A stretch of DNA of 62,846 bases, the filler included, from an uncultured bacterium (GTDB lineage: Bacteria; AUK180), in assembly GCA_937863565.1 (NCBI GenBank). It is 8 parts of 7 records of this genome, joined end to end, with 100 filler letters (N's around TTAATTAATTAA, not from the genome) between each part and the next. Parts side by side here need not be neighbours in the genome. Positions count along the whole stretch, not along the records: positions 46,727 to 54,481 come from CALMGJ010000008.1; positions 54,582 to 58,011 come from CALMGJ010000010.1; positions 58,112 to 59,594 come from CALMGJ010000010.1; positions 59,695 to 62,846 come from CALMGJ010000022.1; 4 more parts are not named here. One strand, written 5' to 3'. The position numbers were made by a program, and so were the translations under genes. Below, piece by piece: positions 51,399 to 61,909 of the stretch; the first letter of the stretch is position 1, and each line of letters starts with the position of its first letter. The notes under the pieces were generated by a model. That model saw only the letters and a list, made by a program, of their open reading frames with translations. It did no database searches and was not told the origin of the DNA.

Positions 51399-52445
51399 AT
51401 GGTGCTCGTTTCGATATTGGTACTGTGCATACTGGGCGTTCTTTTTGCCGTTCTTCTTGGCATAGCCAATAAGGTCTTCCATGTAGAAGAGGACCCGAAG
51501 ATCGCAATGATCGAATCCGCGCTTTCGGGAGCGAATTGCGGCGCGTGCGGATATCCCGGATGCTCTGCCTATGCTACCGCTATCGTGGCCGGTGAAGCAA
51601 TAGACAAATGCGCACCCGGAGGCCAAACGGCCATAGAAGAGATCTCGAAGATCATGGGGATGAAAACCGGAGCGAAAAGAGTGAAGAACATTGCCTGGCT
51701 GATATGCCAGGGAGATTGCGATATCGCCCCGAGAAAATCCGTATATATCGGCGCAAAGACATGTAGGGAAGCGAAAGCGGTGGGTTTCGGGGATAAAACG
51801 TGCAAACAGGGATGTCTCGGTTACGGGGATTGCGAAGCCGCTTGTCCTTTCGACGCTATTCATATCGGAGAGAAGATGCTGCCCGTGATCGACAGGGAGA
51901 AATGTACGGGATGCGGGGTCTGCGTGAAGGAATGTCCCCAGAACACTCTCGTTTTGCAGCCCCTGAGCAAAAACGTTTTAATACGGTGCATAAATACCGA
52001 GCCCGCGAAGAACGTTATCAAGGAATGCGGGATCGGTTGCATAGGATGCGGCATCTGCGAGAAGAACTGCCCGATCGACGGCGCCATCATCATGGGCCGC
52101 AATCTTGCCGTGATGCAGTATGGGACCTGCGTGGACTGCGGCATTTGCGCATCCGTTTGCCCTAAAAAATCTATAACGGACGAAAAGAAGGAAAGGTATA
52201 TTCCTAAAATCACAGATAAATGCACGGGCTGTACGCTTTGTGCGCGGACCTGCCCCGTAACTGTCATTACAGGAAAGATCAAGGAAAAGCATATCATAGA
52301 TCCCGATAGATGCATCGGGTGCCTCAAATGCGTCGAGGTCTGCCGTTTCGAAGCTATAGTTCCTGATCATGAAAGGCCGAAAAGCATTCCATACTACAAG
52401 GAGAGGAAATTCAATGTGAGGGAGAAAAAAGAAATCTCAAGATGA
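51399..52445 (+). CDS. rnfB: Rnf complex subunit B, polyferredoxin form
   Basis: GANCGACGYPGC followed by multiple CxxCxxCxxxCP motifs. Confidence 0.94.
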   Translation: MVLVSILVLCILGVLFAVLLGIANKVFHVEEDPKIAMIESALSGANCGACGYPGCSAYATAIVAGEAIDKCAPGGQTAIEEISKIMGMKTGAKRVKNIAWLICQGDCDIAPRKSVYIGAKTCREAKAVGFGDKTCKQGCLGYGDCEAACPFDAIHIGEKMLPVIDREKCTGCGVCVKECPQNTLVLQPLSKNVLIRCINTEPAKNVIKECGIGCIGCGICEKNCPIDGAIIMGRNLAVMQYGTCVDCGICASVCPKKSITDEKKERYIPKITDKCTGCTLCARTCPVTVITGKIKEKHIIDPDRCIGCLKCVEVCRFEAIVPDHERPKSIPYYKERKFNVREKKEISR

Positions 52446-53233
52446 TAGACATGCACTCCCATTATATTCCTATGCTCGATGACGGAGCGCAATCGAAGGA
52501 CGAGAGCATAAGATACATCGAAAGGTATTTATCCCTGGGTTTTACGGAGATCCTTTTCACTCCGCATATTTACGCGGGTTATTACGATAACACACCAAAG
52601 CAGATCACCGCCAAGTATGATGATTTCAAAAGGATCCTGGAAGCCTATTTCAAAGACCGCGTTCGATTCTATCTTGCATCAGAAGTATATCTTTCATCCG
52701 AAACATTAAGTTATATCGAGGAAAAACGCGTCATACCGGTGAACGGCGGTAGCTATCTTCTTTTCGAGATCGATTTCACTTTCATCTCTCCTGATTTCGA
52801 AGAGGTAATAGAAAGAGCGCAGAAAGCCGGATACAAGCTCATCTGGGCCCATCCCGAGCGCAATTCAAAGATCATGGAGAATCCGGAAAGGCTGAAGGAC
52901 TACATTGACATGGATGTACTCGTTCAGATCAATCTGGGCAGTCTGGCGGGGGATTACGGTGAGGAGGTGACCCATTGCGCCAGGAAACTCCTTTCCATGG
53001 ATATGGTGCACCTTGTCGGGACCGACTGTCATTGCCGGGATGCGAAACCCGTGAATATAGAAAAAGGTCTTCAGGAATTCCGCGCCCATGTAAATCCTGA
53101 ATATGAACATCTGATAACGGAGGAATATCCGAGAAGGATACTCAGCAGTGAAGTATTGTATCCGTTCCCCTATAAAACGGAAAAGAAGAACCTGTTAAAG
53201 AATATCCTCGGTTTCTTCGGCTGGAAGAAATAG
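52442..53233 (+). CDS. CpsB/CapC-family PHP tyrosine phosphatase
   Basis: MIDMHSHYIPMLDDGA, TPH, AHPERN and GTDCH. Confidence 0.9.
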   Translation: MIDMHSHYIPMLDDGAQSKDESIRYIERYLSLGFTEILFTPHIYAGYYDNTPKQITAKYDDFKRILEAYFKDRVRFYLASEVYLSSETLSYIEEKRVIPVNGGSYLLFEIDFTFISPDFEEVIERAQKAGYKLIWAHPERNSKIMENPERLKDYIDMDVLVQINLGSLAGDYGEEVTHCARKLLSMDMVHLVGTDCHCRDAKPVNIEKGLQEFRAHVNPEYEHLITEEYPRRILSSEVLYPFPYKTEKKNLLKNILGFFGWKK

Positions 53234-53370
53234 GTTTTTCATCTTATTTTTCTATTTGAACACACGGCTTTCGAATATATCCTTGCATCGCATTTTTTTC
53301 CAATAATTCAAAAAATCCCTTGAAAAATCGAATGGAATATATTATAATGTTTAGAAGAAGGGAGGTCGCT

Positions 53371-54481
53371 ATGAATTACGAAAAGGAATTCAGGACCGAA
53401 ATGATCGAAAAGGAAATGGAAAGGTTTCGTTTCGGCATTCAGGACAGGTTCAAGATACTTCTGCTCGGTTTCGTGCTCCTCTTCTTGGGTAAAGAAGTTA
53501 TAAAATACCAGGGCATTTACGCATATGAGCATTTCGGTCTGAACTGGCCGGTGATGCTCCTTTGCATAGGGATATTGCTTGTTCAGAACGGTTATCTTAT
53601 CCCTATGATAAAAATGAGAAAGTATTATCGGTGGATGAAATACATCATATCGATCGTAGATGCCTCTGCATCCGCCATTATCATTCACTACACCGGAGGT
53701 GATAAAAGCCCTTTCATCCTCGGCTTTATCTTCATGATCGTGCACAACAGCTATGAGCTCGGGATGAAGATGAGCCTGTACATGGGCGTGGTCTCCGCGA
53801 TCTTCTATGGCACTGCCGTGTGGACGGCAAAACTCTCGGGGAAGATCGGAGACGTGATCCTGTACAATGAGATCGTCAAAATGGCCTTCATCATATACGT
53901 ATCCTTCAGCGCCGGACAATTGGGTCAGCGTGCCATCAACAAGGTGAGAGCACTCAGAAGCGCAATGCATAAAGTTGAGAACGGTTCACTGGAGGAACGC
54001 GTTCATATCAAGGACAGGGATGAACTGGGATACCTTGCCGGTTCTTTCAACAATATGATGGAAAGTCTCGGAATAGCGAAAAGGCAGGCCGCCGCCATTG
54101 CGGACGACCATCTTGACGATGACGTGCTCTCCCATGAATTCAAGGGAGATTTCGGCGAAGCTTTCAAGAATATGAAAACAAGGCTTTCATTCATAAGGGA
54201 TGTGGCGAAGGATATCGCAGAAGACCGTTTTGAGAAGATCGATCTGGATGAGATCAATTCAGGCAGCCTTGCAACGGAGTTCAAAAAGATGGTGGAGAAG
54301 TTCTTCATGATCTCCGAGTACATGAGTTATATAAAAAACGGCGACCTGCAGGTGACCGTGGCGAAAGAATTCCGTGCAGGAAATGTCGGAGCGGTGATCG
54401 CGGAGAACATTGACAAACTGAAAGCCATCATCGGCAATATGAAGGAATCATCGTTTAGGATCTCGAGCTCTTCCGCTGAGA
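53371..54481 (+). CDS. Multi-TM HAMP-domain protein, likely a methyl-accepting chemotaxis protein; 3'-truncated
   Basis: TM segments, HAMP (DRDELGYLAGSFNNM) and start of signalling helices ISSSSAE; ATG behind GGGAGG. Confidence 0.75.
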
Positions 54482-54581
54482 NNNNNNNNNNNNNNNNNNN
54501 NNNNNNNNNNNNNNNNNNNNNNNNNTTAATTAATTAANNNNNNNNNNNNNNNNNNNNNNNNNNNNNNNNNNNNNNNNNNNN

Positions 54582-56296
54582 AAGAACCCGTTAAAGAAGA
54601 GCCCGTTAAAGAGGAAGTTGTCGAAGAACCGGTCAAAGAAGAACCCGTTAAAGAAGAGCCCGTTAAAGAGGAAGTTGTCGAAGAACCGGTCAAGGAAGTG
54701 CCTAAGAAGATCCTCACGGCCATAAAGGAGATCAACATCATTTCGGAAAAAGAGATGACCAGGCTGCAGGTTTTTGCTGAAACGAAACTTTTTTACGAAT
54801 TCACGAAAAACGATAAGACTTCATCTGTCGAAATAAGGCTTTTTGACGCTGAATTCACGGGAAGTCTTCCCGAAAAAGGAGGCTTCATAAAATCTCTGAC
54901 TGGAAGCCAGTTGGGTGAAAAATACATCTTGAACATTGCTTATGTAAAGGATGCGGATATTTCCATATTCCCCATTGATAATCTCATTGAATGCGATATC
55001 CTGAAACCTGTGGAAAAGAAGGAAGAGGTAAAGAAATACGTTGAATTCGAGGCTGAAAAAGAGAAAAAGACAGGCCTTAAATCACAGACCCTTGTCGAGC
55101 AGAAGAAATATAGAGGCTATTCCAAGATCTCCCTGCACCTCAATAACGCATCCCTTACTTCGCTTCTCAGGCTTATATCCATGGAGACAGGTGTAAATAT
55201 CTATTCGGATCCGGGCGTTGCCGGCAAAATATCCATCGATGTTGACAATCAGCCTTGGGAGCCCACTCTCGATGTTATTTTAAAGAATTATGAGCTGACG
55301 TATGAATGGGAGGGGACCCAGATAATCAGGGTGACTAATCTCGATAAACTAAAAAAAGAGAAGGAAGAACAGAAAAAAGCGATAGAATCAAAAGAGAACC
55401 TTCTTCCTCTGATGACCAGGATCTATCAGCTGAGTTTTGCCAAAGCCAACAGCCTATCATCATTTTTAAAGGCTCCTCTCGTATCGAAAAGAGGTTCGGT
55501 GGATTACAATGCCAGGAACAATATCCTTATTGTCAGGGATACGGAAGAGAAACTGGGCGTGATCGATAAACTTATCAAAGAGCTGGATGAGCAGACCAGG
55601 CAGGTCAATATTCTGGTCAGGATCTACAGGCTTAACGATGTACAATCCACTTCGCTCGGTATCAACTGGAATTTCAACAACAGCAGCTCTCCCGGCGATA
55701 CCCCCATATCCGGCGGAGTTAATCTCGGTTCGGGCGCAAGCGGATCAACTCTCTTCGGAGAGAACTTCGGAATGGTCTCTCTATTCACGGCCTCCCAGTT
55801 CGCCAATATCGATATGACACTTACCGCTCTCATGAACAAGAACAAGGTCACGCTTGAAACATTCCCCAATATTACGACATTGAATCATCAGAGCGCTAAT
55901 ATCACGATAGGCCAGAAGGTCCCGATTACGATGCTCGATGAAGCGGGAAATACAGTAACTCAATTGACGACGATAGGTACTAAGATAAAGGTTACGCCGC
56001 ATATCAATGCGGACGGTACGGTAATACTTAAAATACATCCGGAAATAAGCAACCTTGCCGGCGTTGTTGCGGGTTTGATCAATATCGCAACCAGCGAAGC
56101 TGATACGACAATGATGGTAAAAAACGGCGATACGGCGGTGATCGGCGGCCTTGTTGAATACAGGATGACCACGACGAACCAATTTATTCCTTTCCTCAGC
56201 AAGATACCGTTGATCGGCCTTCTTTTCAAAAATAAATCGAAGACCTTCAACCAGGGAGAGATACTTATCTTCGTAACGCCTAAGATAATCGAGTAA
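54582..56296 (+). CDS. pilQ: Type IV pilus secretin, 5'-truncated, with EEPVK repeat linker
   Basis: VDNQPWEPTLDVIL, RNNILIVRDT, TAVIGGL and PFLSKIPLIGLLFK...LIFVTPKII; frame open from the contig start. Confidence 0.88.
54584..54697 (+). repeat. 57-bp coding tandem repeat x2 (EEPVKEEPVKEEVVEEPVK)
   Basis: Direct reading; probable cause of the assembly break. Confidence 0.85.
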
Positions 56297-56311
56297 TGAG
56301 GTAAACACATT

Positions 56312-57529
56312 ATGCCGACCTTCATTTACAAATACAAAATGAACAATGGAAAGGTCAGGAAGGGCCAGATGGATGCAGACAGCTATGACGAGATGAGAGC
56401 ACGCCTTAACAGGCCGTCCATTATAGCGGATTCCGTCTACATCAAAGAAAAAACGGCCATGGATGTCCAGATTAACCTGCCTTCGATGGAAGTCGTTACT
56501 CCGAAGGACGTTTCCATATTCACGCGTCAGTTCTCGACCCTTCTCGATGCGGCCATAGACCTGACTAAATCATTCGACATTCTGACCCGTGAAATGGACA
56601 ATAAGAAATTCAAAAAAGTCCTTCTTGACATAAAAGGCAAGATCGAGTCCGGTACGCCGATCTCGACAGCGATGAAGGGCTATCCGAAATTGTTCGATGA
56701 CCTGTACATCAACATGGTCGGCGCCGGAGAGCAGTCAGGCAAGCTTCCGCTTGTTTTTAAAAGACTGGCTGAATACATGGAAAAGTCCGAAGAGATTAAA
56801 GGAAAGGTGAAAAGCGCCATGACATACCCGACGATCATCGCGATCGTCGCCGTAGTCATGGTATTCGTGATGATGACGGGCGTTATTCCGCAGTTCAAAT
56901 CGATGTTCGCAGAATTCGGCGGAAAACTTCCGCCGCCGACGATGTTCCTTTTCAACCTTTCAGAATTCTTCAAGAAATATTCCATCCACATGGTCGTTGT
57001 GATCGTCGGCCTGGTCGTTGCGCATCTCATGCTGCAGAAAAAAAGCGTGAAATACAGATGGATACTCGATCTGGTCGCTTTAAAAGTTCCGATAGCGGGT
57101 GATATTACAAAAAAGAACGCTATCGCGAGGTTCGCGAGAACGATGTCGACCCTTCTCGATTCCGGTGTGCATCTGCCCGAAGCGCTTATGATCAGCTCAA
57201 AGACCACGGGCAATATACTTTACGAAGAGGCGATCTCCGAGGCACGGGATTCGGTCACTGCCGGCCAGCCCCTTACAACGCCTCTTAAGGAGGCAAAGAT
57301 CTTTCCCGGCATGGTAGTTCAGATGATCGACGCCGGCCAGGAATCCGGTAAAACTTCAGACCTGCTAGCCAAAGTGGCTGACTTCTACGAAACAGAGGTC
57401 GATACTGCGATCGAAGGCCTGATGGCCGCTTTGGAACCGATTATAATGGTCGTGCTCGGGTCCGTCCTGGGCTTCATAGTTATAGCGATGTTCATGCCAA
57501 TCCTTACGATGTCCTCGATGGTTGGATAG
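56312..57529 (+). CDS. pilC: Type IV pilus/T2SS F-family inner-membrane platform protein
   Basis: FTRQFSTLLDA, AGEQSGKL, KSAMTYP and ALEPIIMV. Confidence 0.92.
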   Translation: MPTFIYKYKMNNGKVRKGQMDADSYDEMRARLNRPSIIADSVYIKEKTAMDVQINLPSMEVVTPKDVSIFTRQFSTLLDAAIDLTKSFDILTREMDNKKFKKVLLDIKGKIESGTPISTAMKGYPKLFDDLYINMVGAGEQSGKLPLVFKRLAEYMEKSEEIKGKVKSAMTYPTIIAIVAVVMVFVMMTGVIPQFKSMFAEFGGKLPPPTMFLFNLSEFFKKYSIHMVVVIVGLVVAHLMLQKKSVKYRWILDLVALKVPIAGDITKKNAIARFARTMSTLLDSGVHLPEALMISSKTTGNILYEEAISEARDSVTAGQPLTTPLKEAKIFPGMVVQMIDAGQESGKTSDLLAKVADFYETEVDTAIEGLMAALEPIIMVVLGSVLGFIVIAMFMPILTMSSMVG

Positions 57530-57532
57530 AGC

Positions 57533-58011
57533 ATAAAGCGGATAGAAGGGCTTGTTTCAATACTGCTGATCGGACTTTTAGCGGTTTTTCCGTTCGCCTC
57601 GTACGGGATCCTTTTTACGGCCGCTGCAGGCCTCCTTATTATTATTAATGTAAAAAGAGCCTCGGAAGAGATGCACCCGGCATTTGCAGTATACCTGGGG
57701 TGGGTCGTTATCAGCATATTGGTCTGCCGTACGCGGTCCGGAGCAATGACCTATCTTTTTACGATGAGCGCCGCTGTTTTTGCTTTCTTTTCCTCCCGCT
57801 ATTTGGACCGCACAACGACGGAGCGGTTCTTCTTCGGTCTTTCACTGGCCTTGCTCGTTTACGGATTTTATCAGAAATTAGTGCTGTTCCCCCGACTCGG
57901 AGAACTTCCCAGAACTGCGTTTTTACCGGGTATAAGCGATTATGCGGAAAGAGGAAGGGTCAACGGTACTTATGAATCCCCTAATATATTGGTGTTGATG
58001 GCAATGTTATC
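57533..58011 (+). CDS. O-antigen ligase-like membrane protein; start uncertain, 3'-truncated
   Basis: Multiple TM segments and RVNGTYESPNIL motif; frame is open from directly after the pilC stop. Confidence 0.6.
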
Positions 58012-58129
58012 NNNNNNNNNNNNNNNNNNNNNNNNNNNNNNNNNNNNNNNNNNNNTTAATTAATTAANNNNNNNNNNNNNNNNNNNNNNNNNNNNNNNNN
58101 NNNNNNNNNNNAACGTCCCTGTCTTCTTT

Positions 58130-58194
58130 TTTATCGGCAATTTATCGGCAATTTATCGGCAATATTTGCTTTTCACTTAACTCCGTGTTATAAT
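58130..58194 (+). promoter_or_regulatory. Three tandem 11-bp repeats directly upstream of a leaderless-type promoter for fic
   Basis: (TTTATCGGCAA)x3 at 58130-58162; TTGCTT-17-TATAAT with TG extension, 5 nt before GTG. Confidence 0.7.
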
Positions 58195-58199
58195 ATGAT

Positions 58200-59318
58200 G
58201 TGAACAAGGAAAACAAAGATATATGGCTCCCTCATTATACCCTGAACAATATTATAGTCAGGGCATTAATGAAGATCGAAGAGGCAAAAACCGCAATTGG
58301 CGCCATTCATCTGCCGGCCTCCATTGAATCCTCATTGAGGCAAAGGGCCAAGATGGCCTCCACTCATTATTCCACAAGGATAGAAGGCAATAGGCTTACA
58401 CTAAAAGAGGCCGAAGATGTCCTGAAAGGCGGTGCCGGTCCAAAAGGCAAGACGCGCGATGTCGGTGAAGTCCGTAATTATTGGGAAGCGCTTGCCCGCA
58501 TAGAAGAATGGGCGGATAAGGGCATTCCCTTTACGGAGGACCTTGTGAAAAGAACCCACGGCATAGTGATGAAAGGCAAAAGAGGCGGGCTCTCGCCTTA
58601 CAGGGAAGGCCAGAATGTCATCCGCGATTCAGTTTCGGGGCAGATCATTTATCTCCCGCCCGAGGCCAAAGATGTACCGCTTTTGATGAAGGGTCTTATC
58701 GGATGGATGAGAAACGCCATCGGGGATAAGATGCCCGCTCCCATCATTGCCGCTTTGTTCCACTACCAGTTTGTCACCGTTCATCCTTATTATGACGGCA
58801 ATGGACGGACTGCCCGTTTACTTTCTTATTTCTTGCTTCTCCGGGAAGGATATGCCGGAAGCGGTCTTTTCTCGCTGGAAGAACTTCATTTCAAGAGCAT
58901 AGAGAGATATTATGCGTCGCTCGCGGTGCATCCGCACCATAATTATTACGAGGGCCGGGAAAAAGCCGACCTTACCGGATGGATAGAGTACTACACTGAA
59001 ATACTTGCGGAGGCCTTCAATTCTTTAAAGAAGATCGCCCTTGATGCGTTTAAAAAGCCTGCCTTGAAATCTCCCGCAGGTATAGAGCGCCTTGATCCCC
59101 GGAAAAAAGCTGTTTTGTCTCTCTTTGCAAAGAAGGACCATATCACTTCTTCCGAATCGGCATTGATACTCGGCCTCTCTCAGCGTATGATGCGCGTTCT
59201 GCTGATCCGATGGGTGAAGGAAGGTTTTCTTAGGATTACTGACCCGGCAAACCGTTCCCGGGCTTACACGCTTGCACCGAAATACAAAAAATATCTTTTG
59301 CCCCCCGGGAAAATATAA
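58200..59318 (+). CDS. Fic family protein with C-terminal winged HTH
   Basis: STRIEGN inhibitory motif; HPYYDGNGRTAR Fic motif. Confidence 0.95.
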   Translation: MNKENKDIWLPHYTLNNIIVRALMKIEEAKTAIGAIHLPASIESSLRQRAKMASTHYSTRIEGNRLTLKEAEDVLKGGAGPKGKTRDVGEVRNYWEALARIEEWADKGIPFTEDLVKRTHGIVMKGKRGGLSPYREGQNVIRDSVSGQIIYLPPEAKDVPLLMKGLIGWMRNAIGDKMPAPIIAALFHYQFVTVHPYYDGNGRTARLLSYFLLLREGYAGSGLFSLEELHFKSIERYYASLAVHPHHNYYEGREKADLTGWIEYYTEILAEAFNSLKKIALDAFKKPALKSPAGIERLDPRKKAVLSLFAKKDHITSSESALILGLSQRMMRVLLIRWVKEGFLRITDPANRSRAYTLAPKYKKYLLPPGKI

Positions 59319-59423
59319 GCCCTCGCGGGCCCGGATCCGAAATTTCACCTTTTTCAACCAACGTCCCTCTATACTATTTTTCATTTCTTTGTTATTCTCG
59401 ACCAGATCGGGAATCCAGGGCTT

Positions 59424-59594
59424 GCTTCGCTTTATTATTCAGTTAACGAATTGGCGGTGGACCGCCCGTGAGTTAACGAGTTATTAAAATTATCATTCCT
59501 TATTTAAACCCGTTAACCGGATAACTGAGCAATTGTATTTTTATTATTAACTCCACACTTCGTACTCCACACTCCACACCGCGGCTCTGCCGCT
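59424..59594. repeat. GTTAACGA-hairpin element plus an inverted copy of the 84-bp composite repeat block, at a contig end
   Basis: 59511-59594 is the reverse complement of 29106-29189 with 1 mismatch. Confidence 0.92.
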
Positions 59595-59694
59595 NNNNNN
59601 NNNNNNNNNNNNNNNNNNNNNNNNNNNNNNNNNNNNNNTTAATTAATTAANNNNNNNNNNNNNNNNNNNNNNNNNNNNNNNNNNNNNNNNNNNN

Positions 59695-59790
59695 GTCCCG
59701 TCCGCATTTATCCTGTATATATTATGATATGAATCGCCGCTCAGTTTCAAATCCGCATACACATATCCCCGCTCCCAACATCTTCGCGAA
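59695..59790 (-). pseudogene. Start of a further RHS orphan cassette, truncated by contig end
   Basis: 59695-59749 is identical to 61346-61400 (KLSGDSYHNIYRINADG). Confidence 0.75.
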
Positions 59791-59836
59791 TCCGACAGCA
59801 TAAAGTGTGATATTCTTTTTCTAATCGCTCTCCTTT

Positions 59837-60166
59837 TTATTGTTTTTCTTTTTTAATATCTTGTTTCTCAAATCTTGCAAGTAAATATACATTCATTAAA
59901 GAGTATATCAGTAAAAAATCATATGAGAATATGATTAGTTTCCCTACATAATTATTATGAATAATTACAGCAATATATAATAACAAGAATCCAATTATAT
60001 GACCTAAAATTGACTGTTTACTAAAGATAAGCTCTTGTATTTTAAGTAAAATAATTATTGAACTGATTATAATACCAATGCCAATAGAAATGATAAAATA
60101 ACTTTTAAGCATTGTTAACACTATAACAACAAGAAAATACCCAAATTCAACATGTCTTCCTTTCAT
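59837..60166 (-). CDS. Small AT-rich membrane protein, candidate immunity protein
   Basis: About four TM segments; ATGA overlap with the RHS-CT stop. Confidence 0.7.
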   Translation of the reverse strand: MKGRHVEFGYFLVVIVLTMLKSYFIISIGIGIIISSIIILLKIQELIFSKQSILGHIIGFLLLYIAVIIHNNYVGKLIIFSYDFLLIYSLMNVYLLARFEKQDIKKEKQ

Positions 60167-61524
60167 TGTGCTTTCTCCATACTAGGCCCCATCATACAAC
60201 CTGCAGTTGCACCTGCCTGACATGCTCCCATTGCCATTGAGGCACCAATAACACCCCCTGCAATTTTGCCTATCGTTCCACCTACTGGCCCCCCTATCGC
60301 AGTCCCAAATACACCTCCATATAAACTCCCTAGCCCCCCTAATACAGCAGCACCTGCTGCAGTCTCACTCCCTAGAGATACTCTTAATAAACCTTCTTCA
60401 AGAGTACCACCAGAGGATGTAAGCTGTTCTAAACAGTATTCTTGAGCTTCATCCCCGCATCTTTTAAGTTTTTCCCCGAAACTCTCTTTTTCCAATCCAT
60501 AAGAATCTTTACCGACAGCAGGTTTATTGCCGATATATGTATATTCATTAAGTGTTTGAATATGCCGGTATAAACAGTAATAATATATTAAATACACTCT
60601 TTGTTCTCCTATAATATTTTCAATTTTATAATCCTTCCCCCCGAATCTGCCCACCGACTGATCGTAAATACGGGCGCGGTAGTAGTAATCCCCTGTCTCT
60701 GTGTTATACTCTCTGCCCGTATATAGGTATTTTATGATCGGTTCGCCGTTCAGGCCTTTATATGGCGTGAGTTTCATCTCTGCAAGCGCTTCAGCTGCAG
60801 GTTCGTATTCAAGATGATCCTCCGCATCGTTCCCAATGATCCCGCCGGTATAAGGATATGCATCCACATGTTCAGACAACACCCTTCTCACCCCCGTCTT
60901 AACCATATATACGCTCGAACCGTTGCCCCGGCCCTCATAACGGCTGTACATCAAGACCTCCTCCCCGCTTATTGTATCATATCTCATCTTTTTGTCAACC
61001 GTATAATATAGGCCCAGATCGGAGACATTGTTCAACTCCGTCGAATATAGTTTCGCACCGATCTCATAGTATCTTACGCCCGCAATTTCCGGATTGATGC
61101 AGCTCCCGCCCCCAAGGGTGTTCACGACGACCGTATAGACCAGGTTCGATGAAGAACGGTTCCAGCCCACAATGTCGATCTCCGCTTCATACGGGAACAC
61201 TTCTGCCGCCGTCTCCGTATTCGCGATCAGGTCTTTTACGCAGACCGTCTGCGTACCGTTGCTTTTTATATATCCTATATACTTTCCGTTTCTAGATGCC
61301 CTCGGCCTTAAGAAATCCCCCGTATCGTCCGTGAGCCGCATATAGGTCCCGTCCGCATTTATCCTGTATATATTATGATATGAATCGCCGCTCAGTTTCA
61401 TCGAGGCATATACCTGCCCTCCGCTCGAGTGCATCTCACAAATTATGAGACAATTATTCCATATTTCTAAATATTTCTTCCATGAAGCACTAAAAATATT
61501 ACTGTTTATACTTTTTTCATTCAA
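60163..61524 (-). CDS. RHS orphan module: conserved handle, RHS-associated core and glycine-zipper C-terminal tip
   Basis: YLYTGREYNTETGDYYYRARIYDQSVGRF...NEYTYIGNKP...DSYGL, then GxxxG repeats. Confidence 0.85.
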   Translation of the reverse strand: MNEKSINSNIFSASWKKYLEIWNNCLIICEMHSSGGQVYASMKLSGDSYHNIYRINADGTYMRLTDDTGDFLRPRASRNGKYIGYIKSNGTQTVCVKDLIANTETAAEVFPYEAEIDIVGWNRSSSNLVYTVVVNTLGGGSCINPEIAGVRYYEIGAKLYSTELNNVSDLGLYYTVDKKMRYDTISGEEVLMYSRYEGRGNGSSVYMVKTGVRRVLSEHVDAYPYTGGIIGNDAEDHLEYEPAAEALAEMKLTPYKGLNGEPIIKYLYTGREYNTETGDYYYRARIYDQSVGRFGGKDYKIENIIGEQRVYLIYYYCLYRHIQTLNEYTYIGNKPAVGKDSYGLEKESFGEKLKRCGDEAQEYCLEQLTSSGGTLEEGLLRVSLGSETAAGAAVLGGLGSLYGGVFGTAIGGPVGGTIGKIAGGVIGASMAMGACQAGATAGCMMGPSMEKAQ

Positions 61525-61909
61525 CTATCTTGCCAGTTAAAGTTAGTAAAAATAAAACAATAAATAATAAAGTAAAAATAATAAAAAAAACAGATGATAT
61601 AATGAAGCACATGCGAAATGTTTTTATATGCTTACTAATCTTTGGATATTTCTCTATTCCTTTCGAAAAATAATACTTAATTACATTCCAACTACAGGAG
61701 TAATTACCAAAAGTAATGATTTTTTCACTTTTTCTAAACACTTCTCCTAATATTTTGTTTTTAAAAAGAAAAAGGGATTCTATTTTATCAATAATCTCGT
61801 AATAATTTCCTTTTGCTATTTTGATAATTAAAAAATGCTGAATATACATTAATATTGCAAAAAAAACATAGCTGAAAATACAAAATAATAATATTAGGAT
61901 ATATTTCAT
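61517..61909 (-). CDS. AT-rich two-TM protein, candidate immunity protein
   Basis: ATG 61909 overlaps the upstream TGA (ATGA); N- and C-terminal TM segments. Confidence 0.7.
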   Translation of the reverse strand: MKYILILLFCIFSYVFFAILMYIQHFLIIKIAKGNYYEIIDKIESLFLFKNKILGEVFRKSEKIITFGNYSCSWNVIKYYFSKGIEKYPKISKHIKTFRMCFIISSVFFIIFTLLFIVLFLLTLTGKIVE

